Shown: piece by piece, positions 47,247 through 56,359 of the stretch
Layout of the letters: the number at the start of each line of letters is the position of its first letter
Numbering within the stretch: the first letter of the stretch is position 1
DNA from: Candidatus Levyibacteriota bacterium
GTDB lineage: Bacteria; Patescibacteriota; Microgenomatia; Levybacterales; UBA12049
Assembly: GCA_963716145.1 (NCBI GenBank)
Contig: OY970292.1
Coordinates: forward strand, 12,104 to 76,103
Direction: 5' to 3'
Length of the DNA stretch: 64,000 nt
Notes under the pieces: model-generated
The model's database searches: none
Told to the model about the DNA's origin: nothing
Seen by the model: only the letters and a program-made list of their open reading frames with translations
Program-made: the position numbers and the translations under genes

Positions 47247-47885
47247 TTGCGTTATTTCTTAGCGACATGGAAAGGAGAGGAAGCAGAACATGGCTATATA
47301 TTTAAGCGTATAGCCGCAGAATCAATGGGCCACACTACAAAAGCAAATGAGTTAATTGATCCGTCATTCTTTAGCCAATATCAACCAGAACCAACATTTG
47401 CTCAACGCAATAGCCAGGAGCTTGTCGCCCTGAGTTCGGAAGTTACAAATTCTTTCCCGGCAATATATGCAACATTTGGCGCTGTTCAGGAACAAAGCGT
47501 AATCAGGGCTTATGAATTACTTAAAAGAAGGATTAATGATGAGCGCGTAGATCTTGTATTGGATGAAATTATTTCACAAGAAAAGAGACACTTCCGTACT
47601 TATTTTGAGTGGGCGAAATATTATCTTAAAACTGATCCTCTTGCTCAACGAGTAGTGCGAAAAGGGCTTGAAAAAATATGGAAACCGGTTGGGTTTGATG
47701 CAATGGGCGGAGAAAATTGGGAAGAATTGTATGATTATCTATGTCCTACGCAAGAGGATCGAGATTATTTTACGGATGTAGATAGGGTTGTCCAGTTATT
47801 GCCCGGAATGGAAGGACTAACAATCATGGGCGATGCAGTTGCAAAAATAGATGAACGTAAAAAGAAACAATTGGTCGCCGCCTGA
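47247..47885 (+). CDS. Ferritin-like di-iron carboxylate protein. The 5' end is uncertain or frame-shifted.
   Basis: EEAEHG and QEKRHF ExxH motifs in a helical protein. The TTG at 47247 is the only start candidate. The reading frame continues 46 codons upstream. Confidence 0.45.
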   Translation: MRYFLATWKGEEAEHGYIFKRIAAESMGHTTKANELIDPSFFSQYQPEPTFAQRNSQELVALSSEVTNSFPAIYATFGAVQEQSVIRAYELLKRRINDERVDLVLDEIISQEKRHFRTYFEWAKYYLKTDPLAQRVVRKGLEKIWKPVGFDAMGGENWEELYDYLCPTQEDRDYFTDVDRVVQLLPGMEGLTIMGDAVAKIDERKKKQLVAA

Positions 47886-48022
47886 AGATGAAACAGCTTT
47901 GGTGACCCATACGGGTCTGGAACCGTTTAGACCTTATAACTCACGAACTTAGTCATTATAACTTCTGATGGAAAGAACTGCTTCTTCAAGATAGGTTTTC
48001 TTAAACCACAGCTACCCCTGCT

Positions 48023-49036
48023 TTATTTTGAATGCTTTGCCAGATGCGCTAAGTGTCTCTGCTTTTCCTCTTCGAATTTACTGAAATCGGTTTCATGTTT
48101 CTTAATCAACGTCGCAGCATACTCCGCACCTAGGTAATGGGGCATTACAACATATGAAGCCCCTGCATCATACAACTGCTTGGTCTCTTTTACAAAATGC
48201 GAAAGCACAATTACGACTGCTTTTTTATTAACCTGCCTAATTGTATTTACCAAAATCATACTGGTTTTAAATCCTTGAATTGTAGAAACACATATCTCGA
48301 TTTGGGAAAGATTGATATCCTGAAGGAACTCTATGTCCTGCGCATCACCATATTTATATGGAATCTCCAGTTTTTTCAGTCTTTGTATAGAATCAGGGTT
48401 AAAATCAACAACTAAAAAACTTTTTTCCAATTTTTGGAAAGCTTTAAGAAAATTCTCACCGACTCTACCATAACCAAATAATATAGCATTGTATTTATCC
48501 TCTTTTCCCAAAAGTTGTCTGGGATTATCGAGTTCCAGTAATTTCAATAATTTCTCAACCCTTTTATAAATATTATCCGCGTAATTTAAAAAGTATGTTG
48601 AACCAGCAATAGTAATTAAGCCAACTATGGTAATTATCGATAAAACTTCTTTAGAAATATGTCCAACACTATATCCAAGAGATGCGAGAATAAGTGAAAA
48701 TTCGCTAATCTGAGCAATCGCAAGTCCGGTCATAAATCCCGTTCTTCGTCTGTGTCCGAGAATACTCATAAGGATAATTACAATTACCGGATTACCGATC
48801 AATACAAAGACTGATAGGATTAACGATGGAATAATAATCCGTGAAATATTATCCATAGCCACTTGCGATCCCAAAAGAATGAAAAACAAAACTATGAAAA
48901 AGTCCCGTAGAGGCTTTAAGCGGGAGCCAATTTCGTAAGAAAATGGAGTGAGCGAAAGAGTAACTCCTGCAACTAGCGCACCTATTTCCATAGAGAGACC
49001 AAGTGAATAAAATATAGATGCTAGTCCGAGGCCCAA
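48023..49036 (-). CDS. kefB: Kef-type K+/H+ antiporter, C-terminal membrane segments plus the RCK/TrkA-N domain (frame-shifted from the N-terminal part)
   Basis: ILFGYGRVGENFLKAF...VVDFNP is the Rossmann GxGxxG of TrkA-N. It continues the TM topology of 49021-49716. Confidence 0.7.
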   Translation of the reverse strand: MGLGLASIFYSLGLSMEIGALVAGVTLSLTPFSYEIGSRLKPLRDFFIVLFFILLGSQVAMDNISRIIIPSLILSVFVLIGNPVIVIILMSILGHRRRTGFMTGLAIAQISEFSLILASLGYSVGHISKEVLSIITIVGLITIAGSTYFLNYADNIYKRVEKLLKLLELDNPRQLLGKEDKYNAILFGYGRVGENFLKAFQKLEKSFLVVDFNPDSIQRLKKLEIPYKYGDAQDIEFLQDINLSQIEICVSTIQGFKTSMILVNTIRQVNKKAVVIVLSHFVKETKQLYDAGASYVVMPHYLGAEYAATLIKKHETDFSKFEEEKQRHLAHLAKHSK

Positions 49037-49716
49037 GTGAGCGAGAAGAGCATAAGTACTTCCTGAGATGAGGCTATAAATCGGGTCGCACGAGGGATGA
49101 TATAAATTCCAACAATAAATAGAATAAGGAGGATCACAACTGCCTTTATAAGAAGTAGTCCAATTACCGTTAGCATATCAGCTGAAGGTGACTTTGAAAA
49201 AGACGAAACCAAGAGCAGAATGATGGTTGCGACCACATCTTGTACGATCAAGAACCCTATTGCTATTTTCCCATATAGCTTATTTAGATCTCCCCTGTCT
49301 GAGAGCAACTTCAAGACAATTATGGTGCTACTAAAAGTGAGAGCAATCGCGACATACATCGCGGCAATCCGGTCTATGCCTAAAAATATCGCGATTGAAA
49401 AACCAATAATAGTCGTGAAGATAATCTGACCCAGCCCGCCGAAAAGCGAAACCTTGCCGACTTCCTTAACAACTCTTGGACTGAGATTCAAACCTACTAT
49501 AAATAGTAGGATTGTAATTCCAATTTTTGAAAAGAGCTCAATCTGCTCGCTCGAGTGAAGAATATTAAAAAAGCCAGGGCCTGCTACAATTCCAGCTAAA
49601 ATATAACCGACAACTAGTGGTTGTTTCAACGTACGCATTACAACCGCTGAAGCTGTTGCGATAAATAGCAAGAAGGATATCTCTAAAAATATTTCCATAT
49701 ATTTAGTGTACAACAC
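49021..49716 (-). CDS. kefB: Kef-type monovalent cation:proton antiporter (CPA2), N-terminal membrane domain
   Basis: Na_H_Exchanger family TM pattern (GYILAGIVAGP). It overlaps the next ORF by 16 nt in another frame. Confidence 0.7.
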   Translation of the reverse strand: MLYTKYMEIFLEISFLLFIATASAVVMRTLKQPLVVGYILAGIVAGPGFFNILHSSEQIELFSKIGITILLFIVGLNLSPRVVKEVGKVSLFGGLGQIIFTTIIGFSIAIFLGIDRIAAMYVAIALTFSSTIIVLKLLSDRGDLNKLYGKIAIGFLIVQDVVATIILLLVSSFSKSPSADMLTVIGLLLIKAVVILLILFIVGIYIIPRATRFIASSQEVLMLFSLTWASD

Positions 49717-49749
49717 TTCTGAATTATTTATAAAGACCTCTACTAGAAT

Positions 49750-50214
49750 TTATTCAGTTGGAGAAATATTTTCTTCTGGAGTAGGCTCTGGAGTGGAAGT
49801 AGGCTTCAGTGATGGAGTAGGTGTAGGGGTGGGATCAGGATTATTGGTTGATGTATCGGGTTGCGGAGTTGGCGTAGGAGTCGGAGTCGGTTCAGTAGTA
49901 GGTGTGGCAGTAACAGGAGTCGGGCTAGGACGCCCAGGTGGCCCATAAGTCGCTTCCCCAGCAACTTGTTTTTGTTCGGATGGTGTAGAAGAACTGGAGT
50001 TTTTTGAAAAGTCAAAATCTTTAAGATATGATGTTTTCGCTGATGAGCTTAATGAAAAAAGCGCAATGATAAATACTCCCACTACAATACCGACAATTGC
50101 GAATGCTTTTTTAGAGGATAAAAATTGATCGGCAAAGATAATCTCCTCAACATCCAGAACAGGCAAATCATTGGGCATACCAGTATTTTCTCTATTTTCA
50201 TCCTGCATTTCCAT
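49750..50214 (-). CDS. Membrane-anchored protein with a Pro/Thr-rich extracytoplasmic tail
   Basis: Single TM (AFAIVGIVVGVFIIALFSL) followed by a (TP)n-rich low-complexity tail. The start was set at an internal Met (50214), leaving an intergenic gap. Confidence 0.4.
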   Translation of the reverse strand: MEMQDENRENTGMPNDLPVLDVEEIIFADQFLSSKKAFAIVGIVVGVFIIALFSLSSSAKTSYLKDFDFSKNSSSSTPSEQKQVAGEATYGPPGRPSPTPVTATPTTEPTPTPTPTPQPDTSTNNPDPTPTPTPSLKPTSTPEPTPEENISPTE

Positions 50215-50274
50215 AACTTCATTATATACAAGAATTGCGCATGCAGACAATTGTATTCATAGTATAATAAGCTT

Positions 50275-51216
50275 ATGCTTGCATTCTTCCTCTTTATTAT
50301 TGGCTTAACTTTGTTGCTTCTTGGAAGTACAGGGGTTGTTAAAAACGCTCTTATTATTGCGCGCCTTGCAAAAATTTCACCCCTAGTAGTTGGCGTTACT
50401 CTGGTTGCTATCGGCACGTCGCTTCCTGAGATTACAGTTTCCTTTTTTGGAGGACTTGAAAAAACACACGGACTGGCTTTGGGAAACATAATCGGCTCAA
50501 ATATCGCCAACGTAGGCCTCATCATGGGTGTTTCGCTCTTGATAAAAAGAATCTATATCGGTACCAAAAAAACGCAAAAAAATATGCATTTTACACTTCT
50601 TATTAGTCTCATATTTTTTATTACTTTAATGGTTGGCGGGCTAACAATAATTCATGGGATATTATTTGTGATTTTGGGATTTGCCTTCATAGGATGGCTT
50701 ATCAGGCAAGGACGCAAAGATGAATTGCCTGAAGAATTATTAATTAAGCATCGTAAGGTTAATCCATTGGTTGTGATTATGGTTTTTACTTTATCAATTG
50801 CTGCGATGGTTTTAGGAGGAAAACTGCTTGTAGATGCAGGAATTGCTATCGCAAATATGTTTAAGGTGCCGGAGGCAATTATTGGAATAACAGCATTAGC
50901 TATCGGAACTTCACTTCCAGAACTTGCGATTTCGGTCATTGGCTTAACTAGAGCTTCTAGTCAGCATGAAGATAAATTGATCATCGGAAACATATTGGGC
51001 AGTAATATTTTTAACATTCTTTTCGGAGCAGGAACTTTGGGTCTGTTCGGAACTAAACATTTTAATAGTCAAGCGTCTCTTTTCGCTTTTCTTTTTTTTA
51101 CTCTGATTCTCTGCTTCTTTATTTATCAATTTAGGGGCAAAACAATTCCAAGATATTATGGTGGCTTACTAATTCTTTTTTACGTGATCTATCTCATCAT
51201 TATTTTAAAAATTTAA
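50275..51216 (+). CDS. Ca2+/Na+ (or Ca2+/H+) antiporter, CaCA family (YrbG-like)
   Basis: Two alpha-repeats, each with GTSLPE(I/L). Confidence 0.75.
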   Translation: MLAFFLFIIGLTLLLLGSTGVVKNALIIARLAKISPLVVGVTLVAIGTSLPEITVSFFGGLEKTHGLALGNIIGSNIANVGLIMGVSLLIKRIYIGTKKTQKNMHFTLLISLIFFITLMVGGLTIIHGILFVILGFAFIGWLIRQGRKDELPEELLIKHRKVNPLVVIMVFTLSIAAMVLGGKLLVDAGIAIANMFKVPEAIIGITALAIGTSLPELAISVIGLTRASSQHEDKLIIGNILGSNIFNILFGAGTLGLFGTKHFNSQASLFAFLFFTLILCFFIYQFRGKTIPRYYGGLLILFYVIYLIIILKI

Positions 51217-51247
51217 TGTCCGGAGTGTTATAATCACATAAGTATTT

Positions 51248-52294
51248 ATGTATATTTTAAGGTTCTGGGAAAATTTTAAAAAGTTTGCTGTCCGGATTAC
51301 TAAACCGGATCAGAGGGGAAAACTTGAGCGGTATGCTTTTCCTTTGCTGCTCATTGCCACAGCATTTTTTATAAAAACCGTGCTCCGCTCTTACCTTAAC
51401 TTGGGCACACCATATCTCATGTCAACTTTTATTGTGGTTTTAAGCTCCTGGTATGGAGGACTAGGTGCGGGAATTTCCGCGACAATCCTTGCAGGATTTT
51501 TAAATAACTATCTCTTTTTGGAGCCGCAATTCTCATTTATAGGAACGGGTAATGCAATAGCAACTGTTATTTTTCTCATACAGGGATTTATCATAAGCAT
51601 GATTAGTGAGGCAAAACGATCATCTGATAAGAAAAAAGACGAGTTTATCGCCTTTGCAAGCCATGAACTGAAAAACCCCTTAACAGTTATGAAGATGTCA
51701 AACACTCTTCTTCAAAAAATGGCAAAAGACATAAAAAACAAAAAATTTACTGAATATCTTGTAAAAACCGATAGTTACATTGATAAAACAACAAGCCTCA
51801 TAAACGAGCTTCTGGATTTAACCAAAATAGAGTCCGGCAAATTGAGTCTTCATAAAACAACAGTGGACATAGATAGCCTTGTCAGGGAAATTGTCAAAGA
51901 TCAGCAACTTATTACAAGCACTCATAAAATAACTGTAAAAGGAAAAACCAACAAAGTTATTTTCGCGGATAAAATAAGAATTGAACAAGTTTTGTCCAAT
52001 ATGATAACAAATGCCATAAAGTATTCACCGGGCGAGAAAAAAGTAATTGTGACGATTGAAAATAAAAAAACTTCAGTAACTATTTCTGTACAGGATTTTG
52101 GGATAGGTTTGACCGAGGAAGAACAGAAAAAAGTTTTTGAAAGGTTTTATAGAGCAACAGATACGGGAGCGCAGGGGCTTGGATTGGGTATGTACATCTC
52201 TCAACAGGTTGCGAGTTTGCACGGTGGGAAAATATGGGTCAAAAGCTTATCGGGCAAAGGATCCACTTTTTATTTACAAATGAAAACTGGATAA
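51248..52294 (+). CDS. Sensor histidine kinase (DUF4118 membrane domain + HisKA + HATPase_c)
   Basis: H-box FASHELKNPLT. N-box NAIKYS. G-boxes DFGIGL and GLGLGM. Confidence 0.75.
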   Translation: MYILRFWENFKKFAVRITKPDQRGKLERYAFPLLLIATAFFIKTVLRSYLNLGTPYLMSTFIVVLSSWYGGLGAGISATILAGFLNNYLFLEPQFSFIGTGNAIATVIFLIQGFIISMISEAKRSSDKKKDEFIAFASHELKNPLTVMKMSNTLLQKMAKDIKNKKFTEYLVKTDSYIDKTTSLINELLDLTKIESGKLSLHKTTVDIDSLVREIVKDQQLITSTHKITVKGKTNKVIFADKIRIEQVLSNMITNAIKYSPGEKKVIVTIENKKTSVTISVQDFGIGLTEEEQKKVFERFYRATDTGAQGLGLGMYISQQVASLHGGKIWVKSLSGKGSTFYLQMKTG

Positions 52295-52332
52295 ATTAGA
52301 CTTGATGAAAATTTGTGATAGAATGATAATTC

Positions 52333-54570
52333 ATGAAACAGATCTTGGCGGGAATTTTCGCGATAGCCATAATAGTAAGCCTCATAGCAATCTCCTTTAC
52401 GTTTAATCAGGTAAGCAATGAGCAGGAAAGGCTTGAGAATGATATTCAATACCGCTCATATTTACTTACAAATGGTCTGAAAGAGTCGGTTGAGCCGAAT
52501 TTTATTAATAAGTCAAACTCTTATTTGCAAGATATTGTAAATAGATTTGCAGACAACAAAAGAATTGCAGGTCTTGCTGTAGTTGATAATAATGGATCAA
52601 TTGTGGCTGTTTCATCTAATTTACCAAAACAAATTCCTCAAGTAAAAAAATTGGCAACCGAAGCTCTGGATTCGGATAAGGATAGTAGTGATTTCGCTAG
52701 CTTTGGAAACAACAAAGTATACATATACGTATCCCCTTTGCATGATAAAAAAAGTGTAGTTGGGGCTCTTGCAATTGTACAAAGCGCCGATTACTTAGAC
52801 GCAAGGTTGCTGGAAATCTGGAAAAATAATTTACTCAGACTTTTCATTCAGATATTTCTTATCTCGGTCTCTGTTATTCTAATAATTAGATGGATTATAT
52901 TAGCTCCTATCCGAAATCTAGTTGAGTCCTTAAAGCTTAGCAGAAAAGGAATAGGAGATTATAGTAATAATAAAATACTCAATAATCCTATTTTCAAGCC
53001 ACTCATGCAGGAAGTCGGCAGCATACAAAACAGCCTAATTGAGGCAAGAATAGCAGCGAGTGAGGAAGCAAGGATTCAGCTTGAAAAGCTAGATTCTCCA
53101 TGGACTGCTGAAAGACTAAAGGTTTTTGTTAAAGATATTTTAGGAGATAAAAAAATCTTTGTTGTCTCCAACCGTGAACCTTATATTCATACAAAAAATG
53201 GTAATAAAATAGAGCATCATTTTCCGGCAAGCGGAATGGTCACAGCGCTTGAACCGATAATGCAGGCAACCGGCGGGATGTGGATTGCTCATGGAAGCGG
53301 AAGCGCTGACAAACTGGTTGTTGATAAAAATGACAAGCTCCGTGTTCCGCCAGATGAACCAAAATACACCCTGAAAAGGGTCTGGCTTACAGCTGATGAA
53401 GAAAAGGGATATTATGAGGGATTTTCCAATGAGGGAATTTGGCCGCTTTGCCATATGACCCACACCCGGCCAATATTCAGAAAAGAAAATTGGGATGAGT
53501 ATGTAAAAGTGAATGAGAAATTTGCAGAGAGCTTGCTTAAAGAAATTAAAAATGAGAAAGATCCAATTATATTTATTCAGGATTTTCATTTCATGCTTTT
53601 GCCGCGTTTGATCAAGGACAAAAGACCTGACGCTACAATCGGGATGTTCTGGCATATTCCCTGGCCAAATGCTGAAAATTTCAGTATTTGCCCATGGAGG
53701 AAGGAAATGCTTGATGGGATGATGGGCGCTGATATATTGGGATTTCACACGCAGCTTCACTGCAATAATTTTATTACAACAGTCAGCCGCGAACTTGAAG
53801 CACTGGTTGATATGGAGCAATTTACGGTTACCAAGAATAATCACGCGACTTATGTCAAGCCATTTCCTATCAGTATTGCATTTACAAAAAGCTCTGTTTC
53901 GAAAGGACGGGTAGAGGAAGAAGCGGAAAAAAGTAAAAAAATATTAAAGAATCTGGGAATAAAAACAAAATACTTGGGAGTCGGAGTTGACAGGCTTGAT
54001 TACACAAAAGGAATACTTGAGAGGCTTAAAGCGGTCGAGTTATTTTTGATAAAATACCCGTCTTTCATTGGAGAATTTACATTTCTACAGATCTCTGCCC
54101 CCAGTAGAACAACAGTCAAGGAATATCAGGATTTTTATATAAAGGTGCAGGCTGAAACTGAAAGGATAAACAATCTTTATAAGAAAAATGGTTGGAAACC
54201 AATCATATTTCTTAACCAATATCATGCTCATAACTATATTTATTCTATTTACCGCGCCTCTGATTTCTGTCTGGTTACATCACTTCATGACGGGATGAAT
54301 CTGGTTGCAAAAGAATTTGTGGCCTCAAGAGATGATGAAAAAGGAGTTCTTATCCTTAGTCAATTCGCCGGAGCGTCACGCGAGTTGCATGATGCTTTGA
54401 TAATTAATCCTTATAATGGTGAACAAACAGCGGATGCAATCTATACTGCCCTGACTATGAAGCCAACCGAGCAAAAAAGGCGTATGCAGAGAATGCGGGA
54501 CATTGTAAAAAGCCACAATGTCTACCGCTGGTCCGCAGAATTTATAAAAACAATGGTTGATTTGGGATAA
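52333..54570 (+). CDS. otsA: Alpha,alpha-trehalose-phosphate synthase (GT20, OtsA-like) fused to an N-terminal 2-TM sensor/HAMP-like module
   Basis: GT20 blocks FVVSNREPY, GGMW, FIQDFHFMLLP and MFWHIPWP. Residues 1-250 carry TM1, a periplasmic domain of about 140 aa, TM2 and a linker. Confidence 0.75.
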   Translation: MKQILAGIFAIAIIVSLIAISFTFNQVSNEQERLENDIQYRSYLLTNGLKESVEPNFINKSNSYLQDIVNRFADNKRIAGLAVVDNNGSIVAVSSNLPKQIPQVKKLATEALDSDKDSSDFASFGNNKVYIYVSPLHDKKSVVGALAIVQSADYLDARLLEIWKNNLLRLFIQIFLISVSVILIIRWIILAPIRNLVESLKLSRKGIGDYSNNKILNNPIFKPLMQEVGSIQNSLIEARIAASEEARIQLEKLDSPWTAERLKVFVKDILGDKKIFVVSNREPYIHTKNGNKIEHHFPASGMVTALEPIMQATGGMWIAHGSGSADKLVVDKNDKLRVPPDEPKYTLKRVWLTADEEKGYYEGFSNEGIWPLCHMTHTRPIFRKENWDEYVKVNEKFAESLLKEIKNEKDPIIFIQDFHFMLLPRLIKDKRPDATIGMFWHIPWPNAENFSICPWRKEMLDGMMGADILGFHTQLHCNNFITTVSRELEALVDMEQFTVTKNNHATYVKPFPISIAFTKSSVSKGRVEEEAEKSKKILKNLGIKTKYLGVGVDRLDYTKGILERLKAVELFLIKYPSFIGEFTFLQISAPSRTTVKEYQDFYIKVQAETERINNLYKKNGWKPIIFLNQYHAHNYIYSIYRASDFCLVTSLHDGMNLVAKEFVASRDDEKGVLILSQFAGASRELHDALIINPYNGEQTADAIYTALTMKPTEQKRRMQRMRDIVKSHNVYRWSAEFIKTMVDLG

Positions 54571-55726
54571 TATATTTATGAAAATTGCAATAATCACATC
54601 AAACACTCAAAGTATAACGCCTTCTGCCAAAAAGGGGACTGAGATTTTTTCTAATATCCTGATCAATGAACTGTCAAAAAATGCTGTGAGGCATAATTTG
54701 GATATTACTGCTTTCGCGTCCGGTGACTCAAAGCTTCCTGTTAAAATTGAAAGTATTACCCAAAAATCCACATCTCAAAACACGGATATTCCGGATGAGA
54801 AAAAGATTATTTTTGAATTGGCGCTTTTGTCGGAGGCTTTTTCCAGACAAAATGAGTTTGATCTGTACCATGTCAATATCGGCGATGGTGATATAGCTTT
54901 GCCTTTTGCAAAATTTGTCAAAAAACCTATTATTATTACGATTCACAATACAAAAACTGAAAATTACGTCAAAAAATATTTTTCACATTTCAGCAATCTT
55001 CCAAATGTTTTTTTCGTCTCAATCAGCGATGCCCAGAGAAAGTATTTCCCAAAGTTGAATTATCTTGACACAATTTATCATGGTGTGGATATAAATAATA
55101 ACTTTAAGTTTAGTTCTATAGGAGGAAATGCGATCATGTGGGCAGGACGCGCGATTCCCCAAAAGGGAATGGATGCGGCAATTGATATCGCGAGCAGCTG
55201 CAAAAAACAATTGAAAATGTTTGGGATATCAAATGATGAATATAATAAATGGCTTTCAGAGTTTGTTATTGAGAAAATAAAACTTCTAGATGGTATCACT
55301 ATCACTTTTAATAAAGACAGACTTGAGTTGGCAAAAGAATACGGTACGAGTAAGCTATTTCTTTTTCCACTTCAATGGGAGGAGCCGTTTGGACTTACAG
55401 TGATTGAATCAATGGCCTGCGGAACGCCTGTAATTGCATATGGCAGAGGTTCAATGCCTGAGATTATAGAAGACGGTAAGACTGGTTTTATCGTTAATCC
55501 TTCAGCAGATGATATCCGCGGAAATTGGGTAGTTAAAAAAACAGGAATTGAAGGAATGATTGAAGCAGTTGAGAAATTATATGCAATGTCTGAAAGTGAA
55601 TATATGCAAATGCGAAGAAATTGTAGACAGCTGGTAGAGAAAAAATTTGCAGTACGTCTTATGTCTGAAAACTATGTAAAAATATATAATAAAACTATTA
55701 ATGCAATGAACAGTGTTCTTAAATAA
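54557..55726 (+). CDS. Glycosyltransferase family 4 (GT-B, Glycos_transf_1)
   Basis: The EEPFGLTVIESMACGTPVIA...GKTGF motif (E-x7-E) is typical of GT4. Confidence 0.7.
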   Translation: MIWDNIFMKIAIITSNTQSITPSAKKGTEIFSNILINELSKNAVRHNLDITAFASGDSKLPVKIESITQKSTSQNTDIPDEKKIIFELALLSEAFSRQNEFDLYHVNIGDGDIALPFAKFVKKPIIITIHNTKTENYVKKYFSHFSNLPNVFFVSISDAQRKYFPKLNYLDTIYHGVDINNNFKFSSIGGNAIMWAGRAIPQKGMDAAIDIASSCKKQLKMFGISNDEYNKWLSEFVIEKIKLLDGITITFNKDRLELAKEYGTSKLFLFPLQWEEPFGLTVIESMACGTPVIAYGRGSMPEIIEDGKTGFIVNPSADDIRGNWVVKKTGIEGMIEAVEKLYAMSESEYMQMRRNCRQLVEKKFAVRLMSENYVKIYNKTINAMNSVLK

Positions 55727-55729
55727 GCT

Positions 55730-56338
55730 ATGGCAAAAGATCATTTCAAAACCCATTTTCATCTTCCTGGTGAAGTTGACTGGAATTTCAATATTCTTTT
55801 TGATGACCAGCCGCAAGTTGGGGAAATGGTCCGCAAGTATGATGAATTAATAAGTCACAAAGGTCTTTATCCCCCGATTCCTTCAAAATGGCTGCATATC
55901 ACGTTATTACGTGTTGGATTGACTACGCAGTATTCAGAAAAAGAAATGCTTGATGTTGTTGAAAAACTTGTTCCTATTCTTGCAAATTTTGAAATGCCTG
56001 ATTTGATTCTCGGACCATGGTGGGTGTGGAGAGGAAATCCGGTACTTCACGTAACGCCTGATGATCAGCTCGAAGAGCTATATGACATTATTACCGCGAC
56101 TATTAAATCCATTGTTGGTGATAGGATTGCCCCGCTTCCAAGACTCATTCCGCATCTAACTCTTGCCTATAACCGTGACTACAACCAAGAAAAAGAGGTC
56201 CATCAACAATTATCCAAAAAATGGATTGCTCCTGTTTTATTTAGAGCTAACAATTTATCTCTAGTCAGACAAGAGCAAAAAGCTCCCTTTTATAGCTGGG
56301 AGCTAGTTAAAAGTATTGGAATAGGGAAAAACTCATAA
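55730..56338 (+). CDS. 2H phosphoesterase superfamily protein (LigT-like)
   Basis: Two H-x-T-x motifs (HITL and HLTL) at the expected spacing. Confidence 0.5.
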   Translation: MAKDHFKTHFHLPGEVDWNFNILFDDQPQVGEMVRKYDELISHKGLYPPIPSKWLHITLLRVGLTTQYSEKEMLDVVEKLVPILANFEMPDLILGPWWVWRGNPVLHVTPDDQLEELYDIITATIKSIVGDRIAPLPRLIPHLTLAYNRDYNQEKEVHQQLSKKWIAPVLFRANNLSLVRQEQKAPFYSWELVKSIGIGKNS

Positions 56339-56359
56339 CATTTGTGGTAGAACATTATT

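Noticed and set aside
49706-50015. Plus-strand ORF 49706-49948 (Gly/Val-rich) and minus ORF 49806-50015
   Set aside because: These overlap the minus-strand Pro/Thr-rich tail of the 49750-50214 gene. They are frame artefacts of the low-complexity (ACN CCN)n repeat. Only the PT-rich membrane protein has a TM anchor and start context.
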